This document shows, piece after piece, positions 15,255 to 28,500 of a stretch of DNA of 64,000 nucleotides (position 1 is its first letter; each line of letters starts with the position of its first letter). The notes beneath the pieces are model-generated. The model saw nothing but the letters and a program-made list of their open reading frames with translations. It did not search any database and was not told the origin of the DNA. The stretch is from Tubiluchus corallicola (taxonomy: Eukaryota > Animalia > Priapulida): positions 1 to 64,000 of the forward strand of contig JAQGDQ010000010.1 in the NCBI GenBank assembly GCA_030141605.1, written 5' to 3'. The translations under genes were made by a program, and so were the position numbers.

Positions 15255-16528
15255 TACTATCATAATAGGACACACAACAATTATAAAAACAATTTTTCAA
15301 CTTTTACGTACACTTATAATCAATCATATAATGCATATCGTAAAAATATTCTTTAAAGCTTGGTTTCACAAAGGATTAACTCTGTTCTACAAGACTAAAC
15401 GTTTTTACGTTTTGAACATATTCAAAAAATGGCTATCTATTATTATTGAAGGGCCAAAAAGCAAATTCAACGAATAGACAAATAAACATACAAACAAACA
15501 AGCGAACGACAGAGCGAAGCCTGTAATAAATGTTTGCGCGACATAATCGAACTTTTGTGAGCAAGAGGATGATCGAAAAAACTGTTCAAACAGGTAATAC
15601 TGCCAAAAAAGAAACAAAATGACGTCTCCGGGACAGTTTAGTTCTGGCTCAACGGTGACAACAAATCGTCGGTTTTCTGCGCTAAATAACAACTTGTTGT
15701 GATTGGGTATCAGGTTCATCGCCAACCTACTATTACTCGAGCTTGATAAATGCAACGCCGAAAGTAACATTTGATTCATAATGGAGATTAGTATTAGGGG
15801 TAGAAATTATACCCCCCGAGAGGACGTTTGGCGAGCGAAAAATTCCCAGTAAAAGATAAATACAGTCACTTAAGAGAACAGTTTAAACGGTATAATTTAG
15901 CAAGTGTCAGTTTTCAGTTACTGTGGGTAATCATTTTCCAATGTTCAAGTGTGGGGTTTCAGTTCAGTAGCTGCTACAACGTTGAACAGTAAAAAAAATC
16001 ATTCAGTTCTAAAAAAGTTTACATAAAATAAGCAAGTTGTATAATCAAGAAACTCGAAACGCTGAAAATTTTCCAGAAAACCTGGTTCCCAAGTACTCAG
16101 AAAAGTTTCAGCGACCAATCAAACAGCTACGGCGTGCGATGCTGAAGGAGTAATTTACCCACATGGTTGAAACACTGCTACAGTGAAAAAACATAATCTA
16201 AATAAGTTTCTATGTAGTTATAATGTAGTTTCTTAAAGTGGCATTTGACACTGTTCACTACATCAGTCTGTTATTTATATACATATATAAAAATTGCACG
16301 GTATGAACTATAATTACACTATAGAAACACTCAATGTCACTGCTATCGCCATCGATGAAATCAATATTGAACAAGAGAACCGCATACGAAAACAAATAGC
16401 GTTTTTTGGCATGATTTTGAAAAGATTTGTTTTTACTAAAAAATAATAGCTTTTTATCAAATTTTAATCCTTTCTCAGTATAACAGAAATTCAGTACTGT
16501 AGAAACAATATCTATAGAAACGCACCAG

Positions 16529-16714
16529 AAACTATAAGGTGGAGTTGACGAACAGTTTGTGCAGATGTTGCATTATGTTGGAAAAACTGTGCTGTAGGCT
16601 AGCTTTCATCTCATTTGGACGAGCTTTGTATAAGGGAAAGCTATCCTACAGCACAGTTTTTCCAACATGATGCAACATCTTCACAAACTGTTTGTCAAGT
16701 CCATGCTATAGTTT
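16529..16714. repeat. Fold-back inverted repeat (~79 bp arms, ~28 nt loop), MITE-like
   Basis: Left arm aaactataaggtggagttgacgaacagtttgtgcagatgttgcattatgttggaaaaactgtgctgtaggctagctttc pairs with 16636..16714 at roughly 90% identity. Confidence 0.9.
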
Positions 16715-17865
16715 AATCAGTGTGAAGAAGAGCTGTTTAAAAATGCTGCTGCAATATCACTGATTAATGCAACCAAACATAGTCATGTTTACACAGTAAA
16801 TGAGCGGGGACTTGAGTCAACAATGGCAAAATTTTATGCACAAACTTAATCAAAGTATAGGTTAGCATACACCCGATTGTCTCATTTATGTGCATCATAG
16901 TGACAGCATAAGTATACAGCCGTGCAACATACATGGCGGTTAGGTAAAATAAGTTTAAATAAGATCGTACTACTCTCTGTAAATAAATTTACTCAGATTA
17001 AAGGAAACTAGTACCTTTTGTTGCGTTCTTTTTATTGCACTGATGCCCTCAAACACCATATTGTTAGCTCTCAACTATACCTGCTAAGTTTGTATGGTTG
17101 AATAGCTGACGTGTTAGTAAGCTAGCTTGGCTAATACATTGTTTTATTAGTTTTAGTGAATGCTCGGACGTTATTTCTTTACTTCAATAATTGGTAGTTA
17201 ATGATGACATACTGCGTGTTTCATGACACTCATCTCAGTACAAAGACACCGAAGACACAATCAGAAGTTTTTTTTTAAATTTGACTGTGCACCAATGTTG
17301 AAATTAAAAAAAATTTCCTGTGCTATATATGTGAAAGAGACAATCACTGCTGACAAAAAATGAATTTGAACTCGTTGTTTTTCGTATGGAGACTTGAAGA
17401 AATAATGGGGATTAGATATTAGAAACGGGTTTCACCACGCGCAATACATTCTAACGCATTAGACATTAGCGTCAGAGATTTTATAGGCTAATTTTGGCAT
17501 GAAACATTTAAATTACATAAAAGCAAATTTTTACTTTGAACACACACAAGGTACCAAACTGATTTACGATATATTTACTATGTATGACAAAGGGAAACCA
17601 TTTTTGTTGTATTTAAAGATCCACATATCGAATCACACGCGTGTGAGAAAAAAACGTGCAAAATTTTATCTGCTACAAAGAAGTTATCAGTATTTAAACG
17701 TAGTTGAGAACCTTTTTGATCTGCACCGTTACAGATTTTTTACATATATTACCAAAACTTTAACGGTAAACTGCTCCCTTGACAAAATGCATACTTTTTG
17801 AAATGGTTTCACAGCTGTCCGCTTGACGCAGTCATCAGTGTGTAGTCAATAATAATAATAATAAT

Positions 17866-18036
17866 AATTTCGCCCCCCGTTCCTTGCGGTGGGCCCGATT
17901 CGAAAAATAAACCACCAATGGCACGACACTAGATCGAGACCTTTCGTTTGATGTATAGATCGCCGCAAATGGTGCCGTCGTCAGAGCTGTAGCCTCGAAT
18001 CTTATATATATATATACCAAGAATATTAATATATAG

Positions 18037-18040
<4 letters not shown>
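17866..18040 (-). mobile_element. Possible non-autonomous Helitron-like fragment between (AAT)n tracts
   Basis: Minus strand begins A|TCTATATATTAAT (Helitron-like 5' TC end) and has a GC-richer core. No 3' CTAG or hairpin was identified. Confidence 0.3.
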
Positions 18041-18121
<81 letters not shown>

Positions 18122-18145
18122 CCATTATTATTATTATTATTATTG
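18038..18145. repeat. (AAT)n followed by short (ATT)n microsatellite
   Basis: Seen directly. Confidence 0.95.
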
Positions 18146-18339
18146 TTTATCATCATTGCAACCAAAAGTTTGAATAAAATTACAAAATATAAAAAATGTA
18201 TTTTGAATTTTCAAAATCCCCTTGCAAGGTGAATCGTCGCCTTGATTTACCGTTTAATGTGCCACTTTCATAGTGAACAGTTAGCGGGACACAATTTGAA
18301 TATTTTTTAAGTTTCCTCTCACTCTTCCCACTTGAACAG

Positions 18340-18545
18340 ACACCTGACCCGTTTGACCTGTCACCCGGCGCCTGTCATGCATTCACCTAACGCGTCACAC
18401 CGCTAACTAGCTCTCTTCGTGACAGCTTAAGCAATCAGAGCGATTTACAAACAAAAATTGCCTGTTTTCAAAACTTCAATGACACACGATAGTCCCGGCA
18501 GGCTGCCGAGGGTTTTCAAACGTGACGTCACACACCACGTGATAT
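18340..18545. promoter_or_regulatory. Candidate promoter/enhancer with CRE and E-box
   Basis: Locally GC/CpG-rich. TGACGTCA at 18523..18530, CACGTG at 18536..18541, TGACCC-gtt-TGACCT near 18346..18360, and several CTGTCA/TGACAG sites. Confidence 0.35.
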
Positions 18546-19285
18546 CGTCTGCCTTATTTAACTCTTTACCCGAAGCGCAAAAATACGCCTAATTGGCAGG
18601 CTGCATTTAGGCAGGGAGCCATAACAACCGTGTTTAGGCTGTAACAGTTTGCTGAAAACTCTATTCCTGCTTAGTCAAGCGACTGAGTTTATTTTTGTGC
18701 TCGGAGAAGCTTTTATTAAAGCCAACTTTTCGAAATAGCATCCCACTCATAATTAAGTGCATTTCAAGCACTGAAGTTTCAGTTTTTGTTATGGTAAATT
18801 AGTATATTTATTGAGAGTGTAGAATTCTAACGGTTACGTGCAAAGTATAGCTTCGTAACATCGTATCTGATTATAGAGATTCACTCTGAAATTTACGTTG
18901 ATCCACCCAATAAATGCTAAAGGATATTTGGGAGTTTGATTTATAACGAACTACTTCTACTTACTACTAATACTGGCGTATGAAGCCTGATACATGCATT
19001 ATTTGGAGTGCAGTCAAAACAACTTTAATAAATACTAGATTAAACAACTGTCAAAACATTTTCGTATACGAAATGAAACCAAACAAAGAGATAATGATAG
19101 AGATAGTGTAGAGATAGAGACAGTGATAGAGATATTGTAACCAATATTGACCTGTCGATTACTAATTAAATTGATCCAAAAAACGTAGGAAGCTCCTAAC
19201 TTTTGGCAATTGCATCACAGATTTTATATTCAAGTAATTGTGTTTATTAAAACAAACAGGGAAAGCAAAGTCAACACCGTCAGGT

Positions 19286-19527
<242 letters not shown>

Positions 19528-22500
19528 TCGACCTCCCCCAGTGCTGCTGACTCCCCCGTCATTTTCCCTGCTTAACGAACTCTCTGCAGCCACCCCGCCC
19601 TCTCCCGCAGACACACGACCAGGTGAGGAGGAGGTGCACATGACAATTCTGTCTGCTTCGTGGAGGTGTAAGCTGATACCATTCATCCCCACCCATCTAA
19701 TTATCATTGCTATAATTATTCACTTTTTTCATGGTTTTTTGTTATTGTTCCGAACAGTAATAAGTACCTTCAACCTGATTACGGCCACCATAAATGCCCT
19801 ATTAGGAGCAGTTGTTGGAGCCTTGCAGAGGGAACGTGGCCCCTTGTGGTTTATTCGTTTTATCAAAGAACTATGTCAGTAAGAGGAGTGGAAGCATTAA
19901 AAAGAAAAAAACAATTTTCTTCATTTCAATAATTAGTTAAAGAAAAAAAATTCACAAAAAACTCTCAAAGCAGAGAGCTTTCCAACTTCTTAAATCTCTA
20001 GTTATCTGAGGCGCAGTTGTCCACCCCGCCCCCTCCGGGATGTGCTGGTCGTGTTGTTAAAAACCTTTTACACATATTGAACTTTTTCTCTCGAGTGCCC
20101 AGCCTTTTGTTGAACATATATACATACATGCGCGAATTTAGTATATACTATTCAACCTGCATTGCGATATACATGGAGTTGTTTTTGTCATAAATTATTT
20201 TCGTAATCAATTACGCTTAAAACACCCCTGTATTTGTAGGGACGTGTTCCTGCATGGGTTGTTTACTTATGTTTGTGAATTGTTTATTGAACTTGTGTGG
20301 ATTTGTGTCTGTGACAAAAATCGTTGATCACTATTATATATATTTATATATATATAAGACAAAGTAGGTGTTTTGCTTTGCAAGAGAAAATACTGGGACT
20401 CGTCAGCACCATTTTTTAAGAAGCAGAAACCAAGTTAGCCAACTCTCAACCGCGCGATGAGATGAATGTTGTACAGAAAGAAACCTTTGAGCACAGTTCA
20501 AATTTTAAACTGCAACCAGCTTTATTCTTCATCCGCTGGATCAACTCTGCAATGCATTTACATAGCCTGCATATGATGTTTGTTCAGTGGGCATTAATGT
20601 ATAGAAATCACATTATCATCATTCACTTGGTATCAGCAAATCTCCTTACAACCCCAATGTGCTGAAATAGGGTTCATAATACTCTTGAAAGAGCGTTTTG
20701 TCGAAGAAGTTAAAGGACAAGAAAACAAAAATTCATAAACAAAATTTAAAGAAATCGTTTTAACTTTTGTATCACTTATACGTTGTTTTACTGCATTCAG
20801 AGCTTGCATTAGCAGTAACGCTGTATAAAACTTGTAAATTTAAACTCCCGCGCTGACAGTTATAGGCGCAGCCATTTTAAAGGCCTGTGTTGAGTAAGAA
20901 ATTGAAGAAAGTTCAGATAACACTACAGAAAATATAATCAGAGCATGGGAAGCATACATTTCACTAACTAAGCAAAGGCATAAATTACTTAATACTGCCA
21001 AAATATTAATAATATTATGTAATTTTCGAGCTAGTGCACTTTGCACAGAGGTAGTGAAATAGTAACATTGGCGCGAAGATTTTAACTTTAAAAAAAATTG
21101 TTTGCAGTCACATAAGTCTTCCTAACAGGTGAGCGTAAAGTTACGTAATACAACTTTGTATGGAAATTGTTTTGGGACATGCTTTAAAATTCCCTTTTTC
21201 CCCTTTAATAAACATAGTAACTAAGTTGGCCCATCGGTGGATCGATCAGTATGTTAATGACCGGTCAGTCAGTCAGCCAGTAAGTAAGTAATTAAGTTAA
21301 ATGCGTAATTAACTAAATAAGAAAGCAATTAAGCAAACAAGGAAAAAAATTAAGTTAACAAAGGAAGAAAGAAAGTAACCAAGCAAACAAGCAGATCAAA
21401 TAATAGTTAATACAAAAATTAAATCTGAAAGAAACTGAAAGAACAACCTTATCTTTAAAAATAATTTTTCGGCGTCTCATTCGGTATAATTTCTAGACTT
21501 GTTGGCAGTTGAAAATATAAGCTGCAGTTGAAAATATAAATATCAACGCATACTAAATCGGTAACATGCGCCCAGACATCGACAATACCCCCCCCCCCCA
21601 AGCATAAAAATGGTTTATAATCTTCGTGGATTGAGTCATTTTATATTCACATCTATGCAAATAAAGAGAAAACGCGACGGATTATCCATCAACGCGTGAG
21701 GAACAGGTTGAGATTGCTAACGGGTGAACTGTCAGTACATTAAATTTAAAACATTGCACAGAAAATAATAAAAAATGATAGCATTAGTGTGGTAGAGATG
21801 ATTTTTGTGTACCATGAGTGATTACGGGAACCAGCCAGAGAAAATAAATGAGATATTGTTTGGACAAGGTGACACCCACATTTCAAAAATGGTCCCGCCC
21901 AAGAAGCAGCAGCCGCACTGTCAAACATGCAAATATTAGTTTATTCTTTGCAGTACAATGAGAAGTTTCTGATTCAATAGATGCAGGCTGCATGCGCATG
22001 CTGATTGTAATTTCCTGCCGAAAGAGTTAAAAACCAAGATGTAGGCCTTTTTGTTGAACAAAATGAAGTCTCTGTTCAGCGCTGAATGGCTTCTTTTGTG
22101 AATATTAAGGTTAAACAGAAGCCAAGCCGGGCGTTCTTTTATAGCTGAAAATTTCACAATGATTGTAAACTCAACCACCCATTTTCACACAATTTCTTCA
22201 CAAATTACTATAGGTTATTTTTCATTTTTGTTGATAATAGAAGAATTCCAAGCGTTTCGTGAAAAGCGACTGGAACAGGCTTCCAAAACTGAGCAAAGCA
22301 ATTACTCACTGATGCTTTATAAAATAGAGTTTACAGTAGTTACTGCATGATATTCCAAACCCAAACAACTGATAGCTGAGAAATATTTTTATCTCAGTCT
22401 TCACAACAAATTTCTTTATTTATTATTCTCCAAAAAACATATGGGCAAAACTGGAAAATGGTCTACATTTATGACTAATTTTGAGGGAACTTCTAATTGT

Positions 22501-22799
22501 AAATTTGAATTACATAAAAGTTCACACAATGCCGTTAGCACAGTTATTACTAATAATCCAGCAGTTAACTCTTTAATTAATCACACTAATAGTACATAGT
22601 AGTTTTTGGCACTAGTTTCTGACAACCTATATAAAGACGTCAGCTCAAGTAGCTCATCTTTAAAAATTATCATTAACTGTTAATAGGTTCGGGACTTCAG
22701 GTCCCGCTATAGAATACAAATTGAGTATCCATCCCGTTGAGCATGCTGGATTTCAGCTTGCAGAAGACCAAAGTATATAAAGAATTACTCATACAACAG

Positions 22800-23325
22800 C
22801 ATATGTTTGTTTATTGAACAACCATTACATTACGAACAAGACAAATTTAATCAACAGTGAAAGAAAGGCTTACTAGAGACAAAATCCCTATGCAAAGGAA
22901 TATTGCGGCTCGAGCGTACAAAACAAATCACAATTAATTCATACAAGTATTAAAAAATAATAATTATTACAACAATGTTACATAAGGTAGTATTACTCAC
23001 TCTTTACGCAACTGTGTAGATTTTATATAAACAACAAATGATTCCAAGTTTGAAAGGCTGACTCCAGAAAAGCTATAATAATCTTGCTTAATTCAATATC
23101 TTGACTACCCATTATAAAAACAAATTTATCATTGTCATTTTTTATGGTAAAAAACTCAGAGAATACTTTCAATATTATTAAAAAGTGTCAATCTTTCATC
23201 CTAATAACGTGGACATTTCATAAGTAAGTGCTTTACTTCTTCTATAAGGCTAAGGTCACAATAAATACTAATTCGCTCACACACAAGTATTTTATAAGGT
23301 TCATGGTACCGACCAATTATAACAA
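22800..23325 (-). mobile_element. Decayed LINE 3' fragment
   Basis: Minus-strand translation IIGRYHEPYKILVCERISIYCDLSLIEEVKHLLMKCPRY*DERLTLFNNI.../DKFVFIMGSQD carries the same ORF2 C-terminal motif as 3913..4860. AATAAA lies near 22815 on the minus strand. Confidence 0.75.
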
Positions 23326-26300
23326 AAAACCCACCTGATTGGTTTTCCATTACTCTCTGCTAATTATCACACCAACCCTCCCCACATGATTATCGCATGA
23401 ACAATTTCTATGCCCGTGAAATGCACAGTTCTAACCCTCACTTCTAAATCTCTCTAAATCCAAACAATTACCCACTTCTTACAGACTAGCGTGTGTCTCT
23501 TCCTTTGTCAGCATCTTCTCCTGAAGATTTAAGCTGCTTTTCACAGCTCGCTAAGCTACTATCTATCACTAAGGACTGGCTTAAGAGGCTTAGTAATAAT
23601 TTGCAAGCGTTCTATCTGCTAATTGACAAAGATATTATAAGCTCAGGTTATTATTATTATGAAACGTCTTGACAAAGAGTTTACCAATATTAATAAGTTC
23701 ACTCCGGGTAAAACGCGAAAAACAGCACTGCCAGATAATGCCATAAAGTGTTACACATGTAGGGGGAATCATATGCATCGTGCAGTTATACGACAGAATT
23801 ACCTCTAAAATGAATCATATTTAGGAGTTTACAGACGTGTAATACTCTATAAAACGGCATTACCTTAATAAGGCTGTAATTACTAAAATTCACGCACAAG
23901 CTAGCCAAAACACAGCTTACTTTTCAAGTTAATTCCAAAACTTACTTAAAATATTATTTATGTAGTGTGATACGTTCTATTTTAAACGTGAAAATAAAAA
24001 TAATACTGAGTCACATATAACTTAATATGATTTAGTTGTACATACAGGAAAATTTATCGATTTATTGGCATGGACAAATGTTTTTAGATATAAAAGGGTT
24101 AAGACTAAGAGGGAAAATTAATTAAGGTGCGATCAGACGCACTTAAAAATACAATAAAATTAATTAGAAGAATCTCCAGTGTTGAAAACCTAAAATTGCT
24201 GCAGAAATGGCTTTGAAATTGCCCCGCCGAAAATTATCATAAAATGCATCTATTCCCCGCGCAAATTGCTGATTAAAAAGAAGCCACTTATAGCAGGTGT
24301 GAACAAAAAGGGAGATTTCCTCCTTTCAAAAGAAAGAAATGATAAGGCAGTAGATAAAAAAGAATGAAAGATAATTCTTTAACAATTTTCCGCCTGAAAG
24401 AATAGAAAAGGTAAAATTCTCTATTATGGTCATTATCATCATTATTACTATCATTACCAGTATTCACTTCAGCTGTAATATGAAGTTGTTCATTTGCAAA
24501 GTGCCCCTCATTAATAGTAGCATGGCACTACAAACTACACAGAAGTTTTATAAAAACATTTTAGTTTATTCAAAAGTTTGGTTCATTCAATTCAATATTT
24601 TGAATTCAGAGGACAACAGGGCAGTAAAGACTTACGGAGAATTAAAAAATGTTAGGCACTTTCATATTTTGAGTTTTGAGTGTTGTTTACAGAACAATGA
24701 AAATACGCAGTAACACAAATGTACTAATATTTCAATTAAGCGAAAATATCGATGAAATATTGACGAAAACATTTACAGTCGAAAAGGCTCATTGTATACT
24801 CTGTTCGTTGTATTTTTACTGTTATTCATTGCAGACCAGTTTCTGTTTAGCTATTCCATTGCAGCGATTTGAATTGCGAGATGTGAATTGTGAAGCACTC
24901 CATGTGAAAATGGTCATTGGTCATGTTTTTTGTTAACGTAATTATCAATTTATTTCACTTCATTCTCAGGTACATCAGTGAATCTTCGTTCATTCTGAAA
25001 GCTGGGATGACGTAAAGAACTTAATTCGTTTTTGAAGATACTGCAGGAGGTTGACAAAGTCTAACTACGCCGATATCAGCAATCAGCCAATCACGCCAAC
25101 ATAAGTGGTATACGTCTTACATTTAAATGTACCACACAAAAATATTTAACGGAATTGAAGTTCAAGATTCACAAGAAAAAACTCAAAAACTATACACAAC
25201 TTTGCTATATAGAAAGTTATTGATGTTTTTGCCGTACTGAATACATACTCGTACTGACATTGTCAGCAGTTTGGTCGTGGAATCTATTACTGGAATTTCA
25301 TATTTTTTAACAATTCAACAACGCAAGAGAGTCTTCTTAAAGCTTTACACAGCTTTGCAGTTCTGACAGTATGGCAGAGGAATTTTTTACTTTTATTTTT
25401 CAGACAAAAGTGGTCCAACCAGCATACCCGTTTGACATAACAAATATTTTACTGAAATCAGATACTAGATAATTATGCCAAATTGCTTGCTTCTCTCAGT
25501 CCCATTTGTAATCATGTGCTTAAACAAAAATATAGTGATCCTCCAAAAAAGACAATTCATAACGGCTGCCTCCGATAAAGAAGAGAAAATTCGGACACCA
25601 AGTAGAGTGTAAAAGAGCAGCGAAAGATAAACTTCATGAAAGTTTGAGGTTAAGTTCTTCACAGTGTCTGATATCACCGCATTTTTCTTGGAGTACCGTG
25701 CAGAAAATTGCTCATATCACTGAGATGCGTGCAAACAGACAGATTGCGGAAAGCATAATAATAAAACAATAGAGAATTTTGGTACCGCAAAGAAGCTGTT
25801 TGGGGAAAACTAAGACCTATATTGGATGTCACACATAAAGAGACTTGAACTTACAAAAGTTAAAATATGTAAAAGAATAAATTACAGTGCTACTTACCGA
25901 ATAAAGTGAGATCGCTGGTACTGAACTTTGATAAGCGCAGGAGGAATAGTGACATAACATTGCTCTACTGCTACACAAACTGTTCCAATTGCCGTTGTTC
26001 CACCCCAAAAATGAATCTGTTCTGTCAGACAAGTTTCCAAGTCGATTATGTTAAAGTTTACCGCACAAGTCTATACACTGTTATGATGTAGCAATTTTTT
26101 GATATAAGCTTCGCCACTTTTTAAGCGGTTTAACAATTTCTTCACAAAATTGCTTCGAACAGTTTTTCCTGCCAAATGTCGCTAACAATGGAGAGTAATG
26201 AAGTTAATAATTACTGTCTGTGTGTATAGATATCATGTAAATTGCATTCAAGAAATTTGGATTTGGCTTTGCCTCTGAAATATTAATTCAATAAAAAAGT

Positions 26301-27100
26301 AATTACGCGTTGAAAATAGGCGCAGTTTGTGACTCAAAAAAAACGCAAGACAAATTACAGAAACTTTTACTAAATACGCTCGAGTAAAAGGAAAACTAAT
26401 TCTTATCTCTAATCATTTACCAAAGTGCATTATGTTGAAAAATTCTTTTCACTAGCCTATTTCAAAAGCGCAAAATAATAAATCACAGTTTTGCTACTTA
26501 CCGAGATAATGAAATATGCACTTATTAAGCAGTACTGCATATAAGTTTGGTAAGAATTACGTTTAACTTGAATTTAATTTAATCTGACTTATTTATTTTA
26601 ATTTGATTCAATTTAATTGAACACTTCACTTAATTTAAATCACTCACCTCAAATTAAATAAAAAGATACAGTAACATAATTACAATCAGCCAACCTCGGT
26701 TCATATTTCACTAAAAAAACTGCAAAAAGATTCAATTTTCAGCGTAGATATTTGGATATTTCAAATTCGCAAATGTGAAATAATACGCTATAGCCAGCTG
26801 ACAGAATCTCTATAATAGTTTAAAGTAAAGCGCGCAAGCTGAAGCAGTGAACATTATTGAGCCACTACTATACAGGGGGAGTGCTCAGCAGAGCACAGCT
26901 ACACAGGTTTCACGCTTGTCAATTGCTTGCGATAGCCAATCAAAACGCAGACAAAATGCAACTATCATGTAGACTTATATTATCGCCCGAGTTTTAAAAA
27001 ATGTACATTTTCATGCACGGCAATGCAATAAAAATTTTAAATTGAACAAAGCATTGATGTTTTCCCGACAAACAATAAACAGGGTGTGTTGGTATTTTAA

Positions 27101-27345
27101 AGTGGCGTTTACACAGGATTCTATGCTATGTAAACGCCGCTTTAGTATGCGTTATTGGGGTGCGGTATAGATAAAAAATAAATATAAAATCGGCTTATAT
27201 TGTTTTCAATGCACCCGCTTATCAGACCTGCTTTTTGCGTTACTTTTTTCTGCAGCAATTTTCTATTGATTTTTTATACCGCCCCTATTCCGCAGTTAAA
27301 TAACGCATGTTGGATACGCATTCCGGATGCTAGGAAAACGCCACT
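27101..27345. mobile_element. PIF/Harbinger (Tourist-like) MITE
   Basis: TIRs AGTGGCGTTT ... AAACGCCACT flanked by a TAA/TAA 3 bp TSD. Internal sequence is homologous to 37476..37674. Confidence 0.8.
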
Positions 27346-28391
27346 TAAAGCTATCGCGCTAGCTTGGTTTTAAAAAATTCACATAAATTTTCGGCAGAAT
27401 AGATAGAAATCACTTCACGAAAATTTATAACGAAACTGCCGGTTAAATGATGAGAAAAAAATAAAAATTATAAGAGACTGCAGAATCAATTTACATTTCT
27501 GTTTAACTGACCGCTTTTGAAAGGTGCTCTAAATTACCAGTAACAAATATTGGTATTCAGTTATTGGAAAACAAATATTCTTATACAAATTATCAGGTAA
27601 TAAATATTGTTATACAACTTATCACCTCTTTGAGAACAATCATGATAAAATTTAAAAAGGGGGTTTTACGTGAGCTTTACTTTTTTTATCTTACCGCTGG
27701 TAGAAAGCTAAAAACAAGTTTGAATCTGCTCTATATGTTCATTGAAAATGTAAATCAGCGTTTTCCTGAACGGCAGGCAGCAGACGGTCGACTGTTGTTT
27801 AATTTCATTGCCAATAAAGGTTCCAGACCCAAGGGGGGTTGTAACTTAATTAAATTGCCTTTAATTGCTGTCAAGTCAATGACAAAGAGTAGATATGGGG
27901 TGGGACGCCTGTTAAGTAAAAATGGTCTTAACCCTTAAATGCGCAAAATGGAGGTGTCTGGGAAAATCTTCTGAGTTTCTTCAAGCGCAAACTGTTTGAA
28001 CTAGTGAACAAAGCATTTTGTATATAAGCTAATAGCCACAGTCTTTGTAGAACGGACTGACAAAATCAAAGAGTGATTTAACATCCTAAGATTTTGTGAT
28101 CCGATTTGCCGGAATTAAAGAGACTGGTACTGGCAAAGATTTGTGCAGAAAGCATAACAGATGTTAAAATGCTTAAGCGCTCAAAGCTAAATAAAAAATC
28201 ATTTGCTCAGTTATTAAAGCTAATTATTATTGTCAGGAAAGACACGCCTCTAAATTATTTTTACATTAAATGTTTGCTAACCAGTTATACAGAATAACAA
28301 AAAAGAAAGCACTTTTATTCTTAGAGTGACACCTTCTGTTGGTCCTGCACTTACAAATAATCCAAGTCAATTTATACAGGCACTCACAGCA

Positions 28392-28500
28392 TTATAAAAA
28401 GAAAACAACTTTTATTAAAATTTTAAGTTATAAAATGTTGAAAAACGTTTTTTGACATTTCACAATTTAAAGTTTTAATAAAAGTTGTTTTCTTTTATAA
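28392..28500. repeat. AT-rich imperfect palindrome (~109 bp, no loop)
   Basis: ttataaaaagaaaacaacttttattaaaa...aaaac|gtttt...ttttaataaaagttgttttcttttataa. Confidence 0.85.

Noticed and set aside
27928-28125. piggyBac-like MITE starting TTAACCCTT (similar half ends near 24095, 61142 and 63826)
   Set aside because: No convincing matched opposite TIR with TTAA.
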